DNA of 64,000 nt. It comes from Lepidodermella squamata (Eukaryota; Animalia; Gastrotricha). Below are positions 24,513-37,062 of this stretch, one piece after another. The notes beneath the pieces were generated by a model, which saw only the letters and a list, made by a program, of their open reading frames with translations, was not told the DNA's origin and made no database searches. The position numbers and the translations under genes were made by a program. Each line of letters opens with the position of its first letter. Positions within the stretch are counted from its first letter, which is position 1. The DNA lies in NCBI GenBank assembly GCA_047495785.1, contig JBLDXI010000042.1, positions 1-64,000 of the forward strand, written 5' to 3'.

Positions 24513-25539
24513 CCGGTTATTGATGTTGTAAAATTTGACTAAATAATGAATTGCTATAATATTGAATGGGTTTATTGATTCACGATGTGTCTCAATCGAA
24601 TACACTAGATCGCGTGGCGGATGTAAAACAGCGTAAACAACTCGCAGACGGCTGGGGACGTTTACGCTATTTTTGGATTCTTTTGTCGGGCGCGCGTACA
24701 AAAATTCAATAATCAAAAATGAAACTTACTGAAAGTGTCAAAAACTAGTTTGAGACATTTAGCGGTTTTTTTAGAATGTTTTAGCGGTTTTTATGTCTGC
24801 ATGATATTTATGAAATACATATAACTGGCATCCATTAAATAGAAGGTTCTCATAAACTCTGAAGCCAATATTATTATTGCTTCAATTGACATATTATGCT
24901 GATGGCAATAATTTGTGTGTGTGTGTGATCATCCATTTTTTGTGTGGCCTTTTACGCGTGAAAAATGACCTCGTGAAACGACGGCCCCAGTAGACATGGC
25001 TGTTATGATCCCTGAGGAAACTTTGAAACCCGGTTTCCAAATTATTGCATAGAACGATGAGTAGGCTAAGAGTTTCAATAGTCTTGCGATAAATCGAGAA
25101 CCCTATATCACAGTGCGCGTAGTACGGGGGTATGTGGGCGGTATCGTACCCCACATTAGTTCGCATGGCCAAGGGGGGAAACCCTAAAAACATTTGGTCA
25201 ACATTTGGACTGCTGGGACCGGCCTGTCGGGCCACTTTAACGTTGAGTTTCGATCTGATTGAGCGGTGAACAACTAATTTTCATGATGCAGAGTTTATTC
25301 AGCATCGCAAAATTTGATAATCGAACTGTCACAAGCATTTAATTGTAAATAAAGAAACGAAGTACGTATTGATCTAACATCTAACATCTGATTCCAATAG
25401 GAAGAAGAATCGGGGAAATAAGCCACAACGTATAACTAATCCCACAGCAGAATTTAGTTCAGCTTCAAGATAAATTAACAGCCAAAAGCGATAAATAAGG
25501 GTGAAGTCTCATTCTTAAGACTTTTCCAGTTTGGGTGAA

Positions 25540-28500
25540 CTAGTAAGACGTCTCGCACATGACGGCGCTTGCAAAATTGTCACAGGCAGTACTAGTCAGA
25601 GAGTGCTTGCTGTTTTCGTAATCGTAAATCTCCAGGAAGACACAGCCTTCGCTCGTCGGATCATGCCAGTCTGCTGCCTTGTAAGTGTAAACTGAACCGT
25701 CGTCCCACAGATACGTCCCATTCGCTGATCGAGTCAGGCCAACCCACGCCCGATAAAGTCCCTGGGCCTTAGCTGCCTGCTTGGCCAGCTCCATTTCCGC
25801 GTCCGTTTTCATCATTGCGAGACGGGCGCCTTGGTTGATGCACACTTGAACAGCTCCAGCATACTCCCAGCTGTTAGGAAACAAGAACAATTTTCTTACA
25901 GAAATGGTCATAACTTTCAGCGCTCATAACCCCAATTTGGTCCAAATACAAATGGGTGTAAATTTTCCTACCGTCAATTTCGGGACTTTCACCATCAAAC
26001 CGGAAAATTCAAAGTTTACCATCAATTTTGGGCTTTTACCAACGAAACCAATGTCGCCATCAATTTAGGTACTTTCGCCAACAAATCCGGAAATACCCGC
26101 TGATTTAGGCCAAAGTTGTTCAAAACATAGCCAAGTGGTGTGCCAAATCGTTGGCGCGGACGGTTAAGTCGGATTTGGGATTTTTCATGTCAGTTTTAAA
26201 GTAAACGTTTTAGTTAAGCCAATTATAAAAATGACATTTTTTCGTATTTTGATTTACTTCTTACCTTATAGTATTACCCTAAAATTGACATGGGCAGGCT
26301 CTAACTCCTCTGCGCTAACGATGGCACACCACTTGGCTATGTTTTGAACAATGTTTTGGGCTAAATCAGCGGGTATTTTCGGATTTGTTGGCAAGAAAAA
26401 CCAATTTGATGGCGAAAGTACCCAAATTGATGATGACATTGGTTTCGTTGGTTAAAGCCCAAATTTGATGGTGAAAGTCCCAAAATTGATGGCAAAAGAA
26501 TTTACCCCAATACAAATTCAATATTATGAAAAAAAACATCTCAGTGTTATACTGCTACAGCCAAATTTTACGCCCGCCACAGAAATCCAAAATAACCCAT
26601 ACCTCGTTGATTAATTTAGGTGAATAAGAAAAGCTTACTTGACGTTTTCTCCGTCGTCGGTTTCCGAGTGGAAGAAGTAGTGCTTAACTGGGGCTTGGCA
26701 ACTCAGCAAACTCGGGTACTCATAATCTGCCGGGTAGCGAGTTTCACTGGCTGAACAGTTTCCGGCGCTGCTTAAACGGCAGTTGACAGTTTTATCAGCT
26801 GTTTCGCATCGGTAGTAGCTGAAAAATATCAAGAAAATGCCGTGTCGCAAAATTTCTTCATTCCATAGAGAAATAGACAAAGGTTCGCAAATTTGTGCGA
26901 CGTATAGGCTATAGGCACAGTTTTTTGAAAGCTAACTTTGACGTTCTACAAGTCGAGAAATTTGCATATTTCATTTGTCCGCCATCCAACGCAACCTGTA
27001 GTTAAAATCGAACATACTTGAAGATGAGTTTACTTTTAGGTGGCGCTGCCTACCGTGTCCGTCGGGCATTGCTGTGTTTGTGGCACGCATAAAGCGTATA
27101 AACCCGTCGAGCTGTCAATGCACTTGATGTGATCGCCCTGTTAAATGACAGTAAACTGTCAATTCAATGATTAACGTGAATTTGTTTTACTCCAATTAAA
27201 TATCGGCATCTCGAGAAAGTTATCGGGAGAGAGGGGAAATCCACGAACCCGACCTAAAATCGCCGTGCGCGGGACATGCATGCCTCAATACAATTAAACT
27301 TCAATCTTACGTCATATTTCCCGCTTCCTGTTTCGCAAACATCGAGACAAATGCCACCGGTTGTTGCATCGTAGCACATGCGCATGGGCTGAAATGGCTG
27401 AATATAGAAAATCCGGTAAAATAAGATGCTTATATCACCCCTCTCCCGCAGTCACTCTCGGATAGGTACAATATCGGACTCGGAGTATAAAGCTTGCCAA
27501 TACAATAAAATAATATATTCATCATTGGCTTTAGTACTCAGGTCTCACATTAGCCGTATCGCATGTTGTCGGGGCTTTTTCGCAACCAGCAAACTGAGGA
27601 AAGGCCTGTCGGATGCAGCGACGATGCGGATACATTTCAGACGGGGCTGCATTGTCAGAGAGCATATATCAAATCGCCTAGTAGACGGTAGTTGGAACTC
27701 ACCATTCGTGCACTCGTTCAGCGTATTGAACGTAGCTCCTTCGACAGTCCCATTAGGACACGAGCTGTTATTTGCAGCAGGAATGCATTTCACGAGATCA
27801 AACGTAGCTTGATCCACGCAGAGTTTGTGAGGTTTCTAAGAATCGGAATAAGCTTTTATACATAGATTCAAGGTTCGACATACCAGAGCCGTGAGGCAGT
27901 CAGCGTAGTTGCTCGCGAAGTCCAATTTCGAGTTGAATGTTGAAACCTGGGTATGGATAGTATTTGAAGATGTTTTCTCAAAACATCGAGTGTATTATTC
28001 AAATACATACCACTGTCATAGGTGAAGGGCAGCTATTGCGGCAAACAGAACCGTTCGACGATGAGCAAAGTGCAGCTGGCTGTGGATAAGGAGAAACAAA
28101 CGTAATTTCAAAAATCAGTTAATACAACTAAAACTAACGCCGTTAATGCAGTGAGCTTTGTCCATATAAGCGTCAGGGCTGTATGCCTTAAAAAATATTG
28201 AGCAATTTCAAATTGATTTATTCGCGATTTTCCGTGGCTTGCCTGAGTCGAGCTCGAATCGCAGGGCTTCGATTGGCAGCCGAGAAATGATGAATCACTT
28301 TGGAGGAAGCATCGGTTGTGCGGCAAGAAATCAGCGTCGTTCCGTTTGACTGATATAAGGAAATTTAGTTAAATTTGATCATTTCGAATTTCATCCAGCT
28401 GTGGTGGGTTTCGATCAACTTACTATTAGCCTGGGCCATGCAAGCAGAGGTTTTCGACCATGGGCCAACCACAGTCTATAACGTGAAAATAAGGAATGAG

Positions 28501-29712
28501 ACTGCGAGGATATTAATTTCAAACAACCTCCCCTGGATTTTATAGAACGCTTTTGGGGATGAAAGTATAATGAACAATTTTGAATTTTCTCAATTGGTTG
28601 AAACGATATGAAATTGAAAAGGGGTTTACAATTTTGTGATACGTGAGCTTTTCATTTAATGGATAGAAATGCACGGCGCGCAGAAACTTTCCTCTAAACT
28701 GAAATTTTTGAGATTTTCCCCAAAAACTATTGTTGGAATTTGGCAAAATTTGGTGGAATTTGGTGATTTGAAATTTGAAAATCTCGAATTTTCCTGGATA
28801 TTAGGTAGCTAGTTTAAATAATATTAAATTCAGGAGTAATTCACAATTTTCAAAGTAAGATTTGTATTTGCTGAAAAAGGTCAGGGCGTCTCATAGCTTT
28901 TATAAAAATTCCGAAAAAATTTCAAATTATCAACCTAACGCTTTATGCTGAAATTTATGCATTTTTGAAGTTTTGCCGAAAAAGTGAGCCCTGTATCAAA
29001 AATTTGAACCTGCCTTAAAATCGATTCAGGTCCCTGACTTTTTAAGAGCTCGTACTCACTCCATTGTTGGGGCAAGGCCCATTGACAGGAATGCAAGTTT
29101 GCTGGCCGTTGCTGTTGCAAAGCGTTGCTTTAGAATTCTGTCAACAATTATGAAAGGAAACCATTGCGCGAGATAAAAAATTCGAGAGAAAACAAACGTA
29201 CGAAAAAATTGCTTATAGTTGCTCTACAATTTTTATATTGCGCCTCGAAATTGAAACCAAGAAATTCAGCGATCTAGATCATAAATAGAAAGTTGAATCT
29301 AAATGAACTGAAAATGTATTAGCGTACCATAACTTCATCGGTCTTTGAGCAACCAAGGTTTCGAGGGATACATCGCATGTTGATAGTTTTGAAGTTGAAA
29401 CAGCTACGGGCGGCCTGAAAGTAATGCGATAATTTTTAATTCAAATTTGATTCAAATTTAGATAAATCTCACTCCATCCAAACAACTAGCAGACGTTGGC
29501 AAAGCGAGGCCGAGCTGAAACGATTACACTTTTTCAACAAACGAATGAAATATTCGATAATTCAACTTAACCTGGACTTCATCGAGAAAAGAACAGGCAG
29601 TTTTACAGCCCATAAAGCTATCATTGAGCCTTGAGAAGCAGCGCTTGTATTCGGCTGAAACGGCTACCCCAGCTAGGCCAAATAATAAAATAAATTGCAG
29701 AATCGTAGCCAT
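25540..29712 (-). CDS. Lectin gene D: signal peptide + 10 four-Cys modules + CTLD, 19 exons, apparently intact
   Basis: All exons join in frame by eye (one GC-AG intron at 28242; an extra intron 25871-26638 in the CTLD). CTLD ..CINQGARLAMMKT..WVGL..WDDGS..VMCETSY*. Confidence 0.85.
25954..26508. mobile_element. Mutator-like (MULE) MITE with 9-bp TSD
   Basis: ~200-bp imperfect TIRs starting GGG(T)GTAAATT / ATTTACCCC; TSD AATACAAAT at 25945-25953 and 26509-26517. Partial copy at ~47650-47920. Confidence 0.85.
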
Positions 29713-31532
29713 CTAGTCAAGTTTATAAAAGATTATGAACAATAATTGGCCGCTATAAGTTGAGAGAATAAGAATGAAATTCTAGTTTGAGAGCCTCTAA
29801 ATAACGCCTTGAATTTGCAAGATCGCGTGGATTCCACACATTTTTTGTAAACAAGCTGTTTAACACGCGATTGATAATGCTCATCGCCAATTCATAATTT
29901 TAAATTGAGGTGAGCTTTTAAATAAAAATATTCGAAAAGTGACCTCATGCCTCTAGAAAATTCTAAAATTTGGTTCCGGAAAAAGGAGGACCCTTCTTCT
30001 TTGATGTGAGCTTAGGAGTATTTTCGAGTATCTCTCAGACTCAACAATTTCTCGCTGTAAGACGCTGTGAAATCCAGTATTCTGCTGTATATTTCACTGT
30101 GAATTTTATGGTGACTAACACCCTTCCACAAGAGCACTTTTATTGGTACCTTCCATTCGAATATTCGAAGTTTCCTCCGCTTACATAGTCAGGAAATTCG
30201 GCTGGCACAGATCTGTTACGCCGTGCAAAGCTCGAAAACATTTCTATTTTCCGGGAACTAGGCTTGTCTATGTCTGTAAAAACGGAATAATTTGCAGAAG
30301 TTTGCAGACCCTTAAATTTCAGCTTTGACAGACTTTTAAGCTGGATAGCATGCCTTATTGTTCATTACAGCAGCAAGAAGCAGCTTTTCCACGGATGTAA
30401 ACCGCTGTAACCAGACTCATTTCGAATTTCAGAGGCGAAAAATCAGCTTACAGCCGGATCCTCAGCTGGAATAAATCGATATCACAGCAATTTACAGGCA
30501 TTGTGACGCCAAAATTGCGTCTATAGAAAAATGTGAAAATCAAAACTTCCTCATTTACCATTTACCAAACCATCCTCGAATGCAAAATTTCAGCCTGTAA
30601 GACCTATTCCTGCAGGCTGCTCTTTTGTTAGATTTTTTCTTGCGACGCAATTCCGGCCTCACTGTAGCTAGAAACAGTTAAATACAATGTTTATTCCGAA
30701 TTACAGAGCATGCATAAACAACAATTTTGTCACATTGCGTTATGTAAAAGGTTTAAGGCGAAAAATTTGCTAAGAATACCTAAGAAAAGTAGGCTGAAAG
30801 ACCCAATTTTATTGCTCCTTGAAAACTGTTTCAGCCGTGTCAAGCCTAATTGCCCTAGACAGCCATTACCGAATATTCACATCTAGCGTTAATATTCTGG
30901 AAAATAAACGGTTTTTAAATGGGCCCAGGGGTGATATCCTCTGTTTTCTACCTGTATCTCGAATCTCCTGGAAGACGAATGACGGGTCGAATGGCGCCGT
31001 GAACCTTCGAGATAACAGTAGCTTTTACTGTACTTCGCGCACTGCCGTGATTCATCAATGACGCTCTACTCCGATGATGGCCGACCACTCCATCGTGTTA
31101 GAAAAGTGAAAAGTGGTAGATTAGAAGTGTCAGCGACACTGCACTAATCGCTACCTAGCCGTCCGCCTGAAGACACCTCAACAAGCGACCCTAATAGTGC
31201 TCATTCGGGACCCATGGACCCATTAAACGAATGGAATCCACGAATGTCTCAAGATGAATCCATTTTTTTCTTTAAAATATGAGAGCTATCAGCTTATTCA
31301 TTCAGAACCAAATTCCAGGTTCCCATGACGCAGAGATTTATTCATAATCGCATCAAATCTGAGTAATAGACTATATAGACAGTATCGGTCATTTTTCGAT
31401 GAACAGAACCGAAACGAAAAACATATGGGTATTGACCTTGGAGTTTCCCCCTGAAGCAAATGGAAAAAGAAGAAGGTCACAACTGATGTAATTAATTAAA
31501 ACAAGCTCGCACTGTTAAGCTGTTAGCTTGTA

Positions 31533-33221
31533 CTATAATGAAGACGTTTCGCATGAAAAATAATCACGTGGAATATTCGTTAGAGATTAGTCGTTTATAA
31601 CGTAGGTAATCCTATTTAGGCAGAAAGAGACAGCGGTCGTTCGTCGAATCATGCCAATCGGCAAGTTTGAAAATCGTTATATTTAGTGACACCGCCATCG
31701 AACGCAACCTGTAGCGAATAATAAAAGCACACATACTTTCACGTGATCGCTAGAGAAATATTTGCTCACAGTGGTATTCGGGCATGACAGCGACTGTGGG
31801 ACGCAAACGGCATACAATTTAGTCGTGCTGTCGACGCACTTGATGTGGCGGTCCTATTAAATGATGGCCATCTCGTTTCATGAGTACTCGGCGTGAAATG
31901 TAATTTTTTACCCCCAAACTATTCCGGCATATTGAGAAAGTTATCCCAATGTTATTGTCATCCTCGATCCCAACCTAAAATCGCCGTGCGCAAGAAATCA
32001 AGGCTCAATAAGTTCAGTCAAAGTTCAAACTTACGTCATACTTGCCGATTCCTGTTTCGCAAACATCTTGACAGATACCACCGGTTGTTGCATCATAGCA
32101 AAAGCGCATGGGCTGAAATAACTTAGTTCAAAGAAACTTTTTCGAAAATTATAAATGCTGATTACCCCACGATTGCAGCTCTCCTTGGTGAGATACAAAA
32201 TTGGGCTGGGCGTATAAAGCTTGTCGAAAGCAATGGATTAGTAATCATCATGATTTTGTATAAAACATTCTCACATTAGTCGCATTGCACGTTTTCGGAG
32301 CTTTTTCGCAAATGGCAAACTCAGGAGGAGTCTGTCGGAAGCAGCGGCGATACGGATACATTTCGGACGGGGCTGAATTGAAGAAAAGATAATAACTCAT
32401 AACATACGGTAGTTGAAACTCACCAGAATTGCACTCGTTGAAGGTGTTGAACGTGGCTCCTTCGATAGTTCCATTAGGGCATGTGGCGTTGTTCGAAACG
32501 GGCAAACATTTCACGAGGGCAAACGTGGTTTCATCGACGCACAGTTTGTGAGGTTTCTAACAAGTTGGAACAAGTTAGATTGTTGAGCTATTTTCAACCG
32601 ATCGACCTACCGATGCAACTGTGAGACAATCAGCGTAGTTATTAGCAAATTCCGGTTTCGAGTTAAATGTTGACACCTGAGGAAGTAGTACATCACAACA
32701 TTCTAGATTTAAATTGCATTGGGGTATTATTGAGGAACATACGACTGTCATTGAGGAGGGGCAGCTACCGCCGCAAACCGAGCCATTAGTCGAAGAGCAA
32801 AGCGCAGCCGGCTGTTGAATTTAAAAAAAAAATGAATTCGAATTTCTTCGATAAAAGAACCAACTCCGTTAATGCAGTGAGCTTTGTCCATATAGGTCAG
32901 AGGGCTGTAGGACTGGATAGAAAAATATTTCAGCTTCATGAAATAATTTGATTAATGACTGGGTATTCTATACCTGAGTCATGTTGGTCGAATTACAGGG
33001 CTTGGATTGGCAGCCGACAAAGGACCGGTCGCTTTGAAGGAAGCATCGATTATGCGGCAGGAAATCAGCGTCATTGCGTTTGACTGATAGGGAAAACGAG
33101 ATGAATTTATTAATTTCCCATTTTCGCTTCAAACCAGCTATGGCAGGTTATTACTCAAGCTCAACTCACTGTTAGCCGCGGCCATGCAGGCAGAAGTTGT
33201 CGACCATGAGCCAACCGCAGT
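31533..33221 (-). pseudogene. Lectin gene E: 5'-truncated, with CTLD internally deleted
   Basis: Exons for modules 3b-9 are collinear with D; no signal-peptide exons upstream. The last exon ..FQTCRLA* (31649) is fused to an out-of-frame CTLD remnant ADWHDSTNDRCLFL...SCETSSL*. Confidence 0.75.
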
Positions 33222-33696
33222 CTGTAAAACAAAGGATTTAGGTCCTGATTTGAATCATCTGAAAAGCTCATGAAATGAAGAGTTCAGCTCAATCAAATGG
33301 TGATTTTGATCATTGAATACATTTGAAATGAAAATTCGGATTTTTCTTGAAATCTAGAAAATTTTTAAATTCATTGAATTCTTCAAATTCTCGGCTGAAA
33401 TTATCTGCAATTTCAGCTGAATTTGTTTAAATCTCTAAATTCTAAAAAAATGTAAAATTAAAAAATTACATTCTTTACACCATCGCTATGAGCCAAAAAT
33501 CGAAAAATTTTAAATTTTGCCGAAAAATTACTCTAAAGTTGGGCATAATCAGACTCCATCTACCGCCAAAAGTTAGCTCGCAGGTAAAAAAAATCGGATT
33601 AATGCTCCCGAGTTTCCTCTTTATTCACATAATATCTTCACCCGACTCTCACAGCTTCTGCAGTGGATCCTGCAGAATATTGCATCATCAACTAAT

Positions 33697-34061
33697 TTAA
33701 AGCTTGATGTAGGTTGAATCTATTGGTTCCGGTTCAGCTTCCAGATATCCAAGTGGCCAACATCCATCTGACATCCTACAAATCTTATTTTTGCGTGATA
33801 CGAACGCACTGCACAAGGGGTTTTTGCGGCAAATGTCGGCGCATTGATCAAGGGTTGCAGCCAGAGTAGGAGAAGTTCCCACCCAATAACCACTCAAATG
33901 TCCATCCCAGCAATACTGCTTCGTATACTTGAATCCTGCGGGATCTGAAGAAAATGATACTAGTCAGTTTTGTTAAGTCGACTTCAAACCACCGCTGTAA
34001 ACTTGCCCTTAGCTGCAGCTAGCCCGATAACCATAACGAAGACGAGAACTGACTTGAACAT
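33697..34061 (-). CDS. Small secreted PAN/apple-like domain protein (2 exons, GC-AG intron 33945-34006)
   Basis: Signal MFKSVLVFVMVIGLAAAK; TLDQCADICRKNPLCSAFVSRKNKICRM fits the PAN/apple C-x3-C-x5-C-x2-F...C pattern. Confidence 0.7.
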
Positions 34062-34552
34062 TGTGAATGAAACTTGATGAATGAGAATAAAACGAAGTTG
34101 GTTTTAAAAATTAGAATGAACAACTGACTGAGATGTGAAGGGGTAGCGCCGACTTTCCGATAAGCCGCGCCGTCGCAGCTGAAACATACTTAAACTACCG
34201 CTACCAGGCACGCAAACGAATTCAATAGAAAATTGTCGCCCGACAGAGCCTTACGTTTACTCGTATTTGTTTGCCATTTTACGTGAGGCTGGTATTGGTT
34301 TCGGGCAGTACGGTAATGAGTAATAGGTAAAGGGCTCCGGCGGGAGAAAATTAAGAGAAATTTTCTATTAATTTTCGACTCGGCGCTAACGTGCCCGGTT
34401 GCGGTAGCTCACGTAATCTATGTATTGTGTTGATTTTTCAGCTGCGACGATGCGGCATATCGGTGCTACCCCTTCACATCTCAGTCAGTTGTTCGTTAAA
34501 ATTGTTAAAACCACCTTCGTTTTATTCTCAGTCATCAAGTTTCATTCACAAT
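34061..34552. repeat. ~120-bp inverted duplication of the PAN-gene promoter/5'UTR
   Basis: 34061-34184 is reverse-complementary to 34435-34552. Confidence 0.8.
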
Positions 34553-35117
34553 TTTTGAGTAAAAGTAGGAAAAAAAGGATAGCAAGGATAACAGGGATAA
34601 CAAAAAACGACATGAGGGGATACCTACCAACGAATCCGCAAGGTGCTTTCACTCAAAGACCAAAAGGGGACCTTTATGACTTTTATCCTAACCAGTTAGG
34701 CTGTCCTACTTCGCTCTGTACCAAGCGGTACTTCGCTCTCTGTTTCCGATATAACGTAGCAAAGCGCCCCAGTTGAACAGGATTTAAGATGATCTAAGGA
34801 ATCTAAGAATCTCACTATCTTGAGCTTGGTGTCATTCGATAACCCGTTGTTTGAATATGCGAAATTCCAGTCCCGCAGCATCGAATAAAACGGCGGGCTA
34901 TGAAGCCGCACCTATAAAGCACCCGTCCAGCAGTCCAACCCGCATCAACCCGCAACCCACCTCTCTCCCCATCCCGCAGTTTCACAAAATTTGCACGCCG
35001 AAGTGCCGCCTTAGTGCCGTTCCCAGCGGTTACTAACAAGTCGTCGAGCAGCAATTCCGACATTCCGTACTTGTCAAATTGGCAAACAATTTGTTGATCG
35101 CGAAAAAACGGGGGAAA

Positions 35118-35193
35118 ATCGCCCGCCGTGTCTACTCGAACTCGGGATCTGCAGCAGATTTCAGGCAGCCACAGTACCACTGCACCGCGATCG
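35118..35193 (-). other. Degenerate tRNA-like/SINE head
   Basis: Minus strand reads GCGGTGCAGTGGTA...GAGTTCGAG (A-box/B-box-like spacing); no convincing cloverleaf. Confidence 0.35.
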
Positions 35194-35693
35194 CCGCGAT
35201 AATATTGAGGCTAAGGCGAATCTTTCTAACGCGCATTTGTTGTGTTTATGGCTGTTCGAAAATTGGTGCCGCCTTAGACTGTAACGTAGACAACTGCTGC
35301 ATTGTTGTCTATGGGTGCCCCATTTCCCTCATGGCTAAACTTGTGAAGCTTAATAGAAGAGCGGCGCTAACGAGCTGTTCGCCCAAAAATACATTGATGA
35401 GTGACTTTTTCATTGAAAAAACAGCAATAAAATTAAGCATGGATGCTCTCTGCTCTTCCATTCCTGAAACCGGGTCTAGTCTGTTGATTGGGCCTGGCCC
35501 TAATCCCTAATCATATACTTTTTTACTAGGGAAAATCTTATAATTTTTCGTTAGCACTATCCTTCAAAATTATAATGAATTAAGACGGAGAATTAAATTA
35601 TTAATTGTCGAACGCACTCATTTTTTTTGCTAGTCACTGGGAAGTCCGTGCCCGGGCAATATGAATTATGATTTGTCTCGCTGCCAATTTCTC

Positions 35694-35770
35694 AATCATC
35701 ACTGAGATGAGAAATTCTTCAATTTATTGAATCATCACTGAGATGAGAAATTCTTCAATTTATTGAATCA
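35694..35770. repeat. Perfect 36-bp tandem duplication
   Basis: AATCATCACTGAGATGAGAAATTCTTCAATTTATTG x2. Confidence 0.9.
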
Positions 35771-37062
35771 GCCGCTCTGACGTCATCGCTAAGCTATAGA
35801 TGAGCGCCCTTTATCATCCATTTAGCAGTTTAGTCATAATACGATGTACATGTAAGCAAATGGCTGAATGTTGACGTAGAGACCGAATATCAACAAGAAG
35901 GAGATTCATGCTTTCATCACGGGCAAATGGCTGCTAAACTCAGAGGATCTTCTAGTACCTTGCAGAATATCTAGCTTAGGCCGTAAGCAGCCTCGGTCGG
36001 ATTGATGAAAGGATTAAATAAAATTATTGAATGTCGCGGCTGTTGAAAATTGTTATACACAGTAGACCTAACCAAGTGTTCAAATCAGAATTTCTGATCT
36101 TTAAGCGAGTTCTTCCAGATTATTTAGGATTTTCTATTCCCTCAGCGTAGCGTTGTAACTTCGGACACGCACAAACTTCGGACGCGTCTCCGAAGCAGTT
36201 TGTGAACGTAACATTATTGTCAGTTCAGGCTAGTAAAACTAAGAAAATTGGGAAAATGACATGCTGATCCTATCAAGCAAATATAGGGAACAGACCAATT
36301 TTTCATTCCAGTTTGTAGCGCAAGTATTTGTTTATACCAATACCAAAAATGGGCAATAAAGTTTCTGGTAAAAGTTCTTTAGGCGAAATCGTTGAAGGCT
36401 AAACGACTGAAGAATCTTTCAAACTCTATTGTTTGAAGCTTCTTTTGGTTTATTTTGTCTGAACAAAGTAGTTCGATGAGCTTTATCATATAGCTTCATA
36501 GCTCGAGCCTCGAGCTCTCTCAAGGTCCCGACTTGGAACCTGATTCAAGCTGGTAACCATCGATATACCTATGTAATGCTTTTTTAACGTTTGGCATTGA
36601 TAGAGTAACTGTTTTATACAACCTTGAAAATGTATTTCCCAATGGGGAACTTTTTCCGAATATTCTAGCAGGCAGAGCACAGCATAACGCTAACCGCCAA
36701 CGATTCACGTTGTATAACTAGGTCCAAACTTCGGCGCCCAGCTACGTCTATGGCCAAGCCAAGATTTAAAATTGGAATTCAGCCAAAAAACCCGTTCCCG
36801 CATGGCTAATCCAGGTCGGAATTCCCTAAAAGGCTGTTTCTTCATTGATTCCAGATATTGGCCATAGTTTATTGTACATGTCTGAGTTGTTCTTTTATGG
36901 ATAAAAATATATTTTCGTAGTAGCTCTCAAAACATGTTTTCACACGTTCAAACGTGTGCCAATAAGGTTCAAACGCGCGTTATCAAGTTCGAAAAAAATC
37001 AAGTCATTCAAAAACTTGCCAGTTCTTATTTTCAAGTTATTGTTTAACGTTTCATTTTCTCA

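Noticed and set aside
30040-31300. GCTGTA/TACAGC-rich stretch and a short LAVRL-containing LINE-like scrap
   Set aside because: Probably decayed TEs, but no termini, TSD or convincing ORF could be defined.
34815-36750. Several 60-140 aa ORFs between the PAN gene and gene F
   Set aside because: They overlap repeat-like sequence and show no domain signatures.
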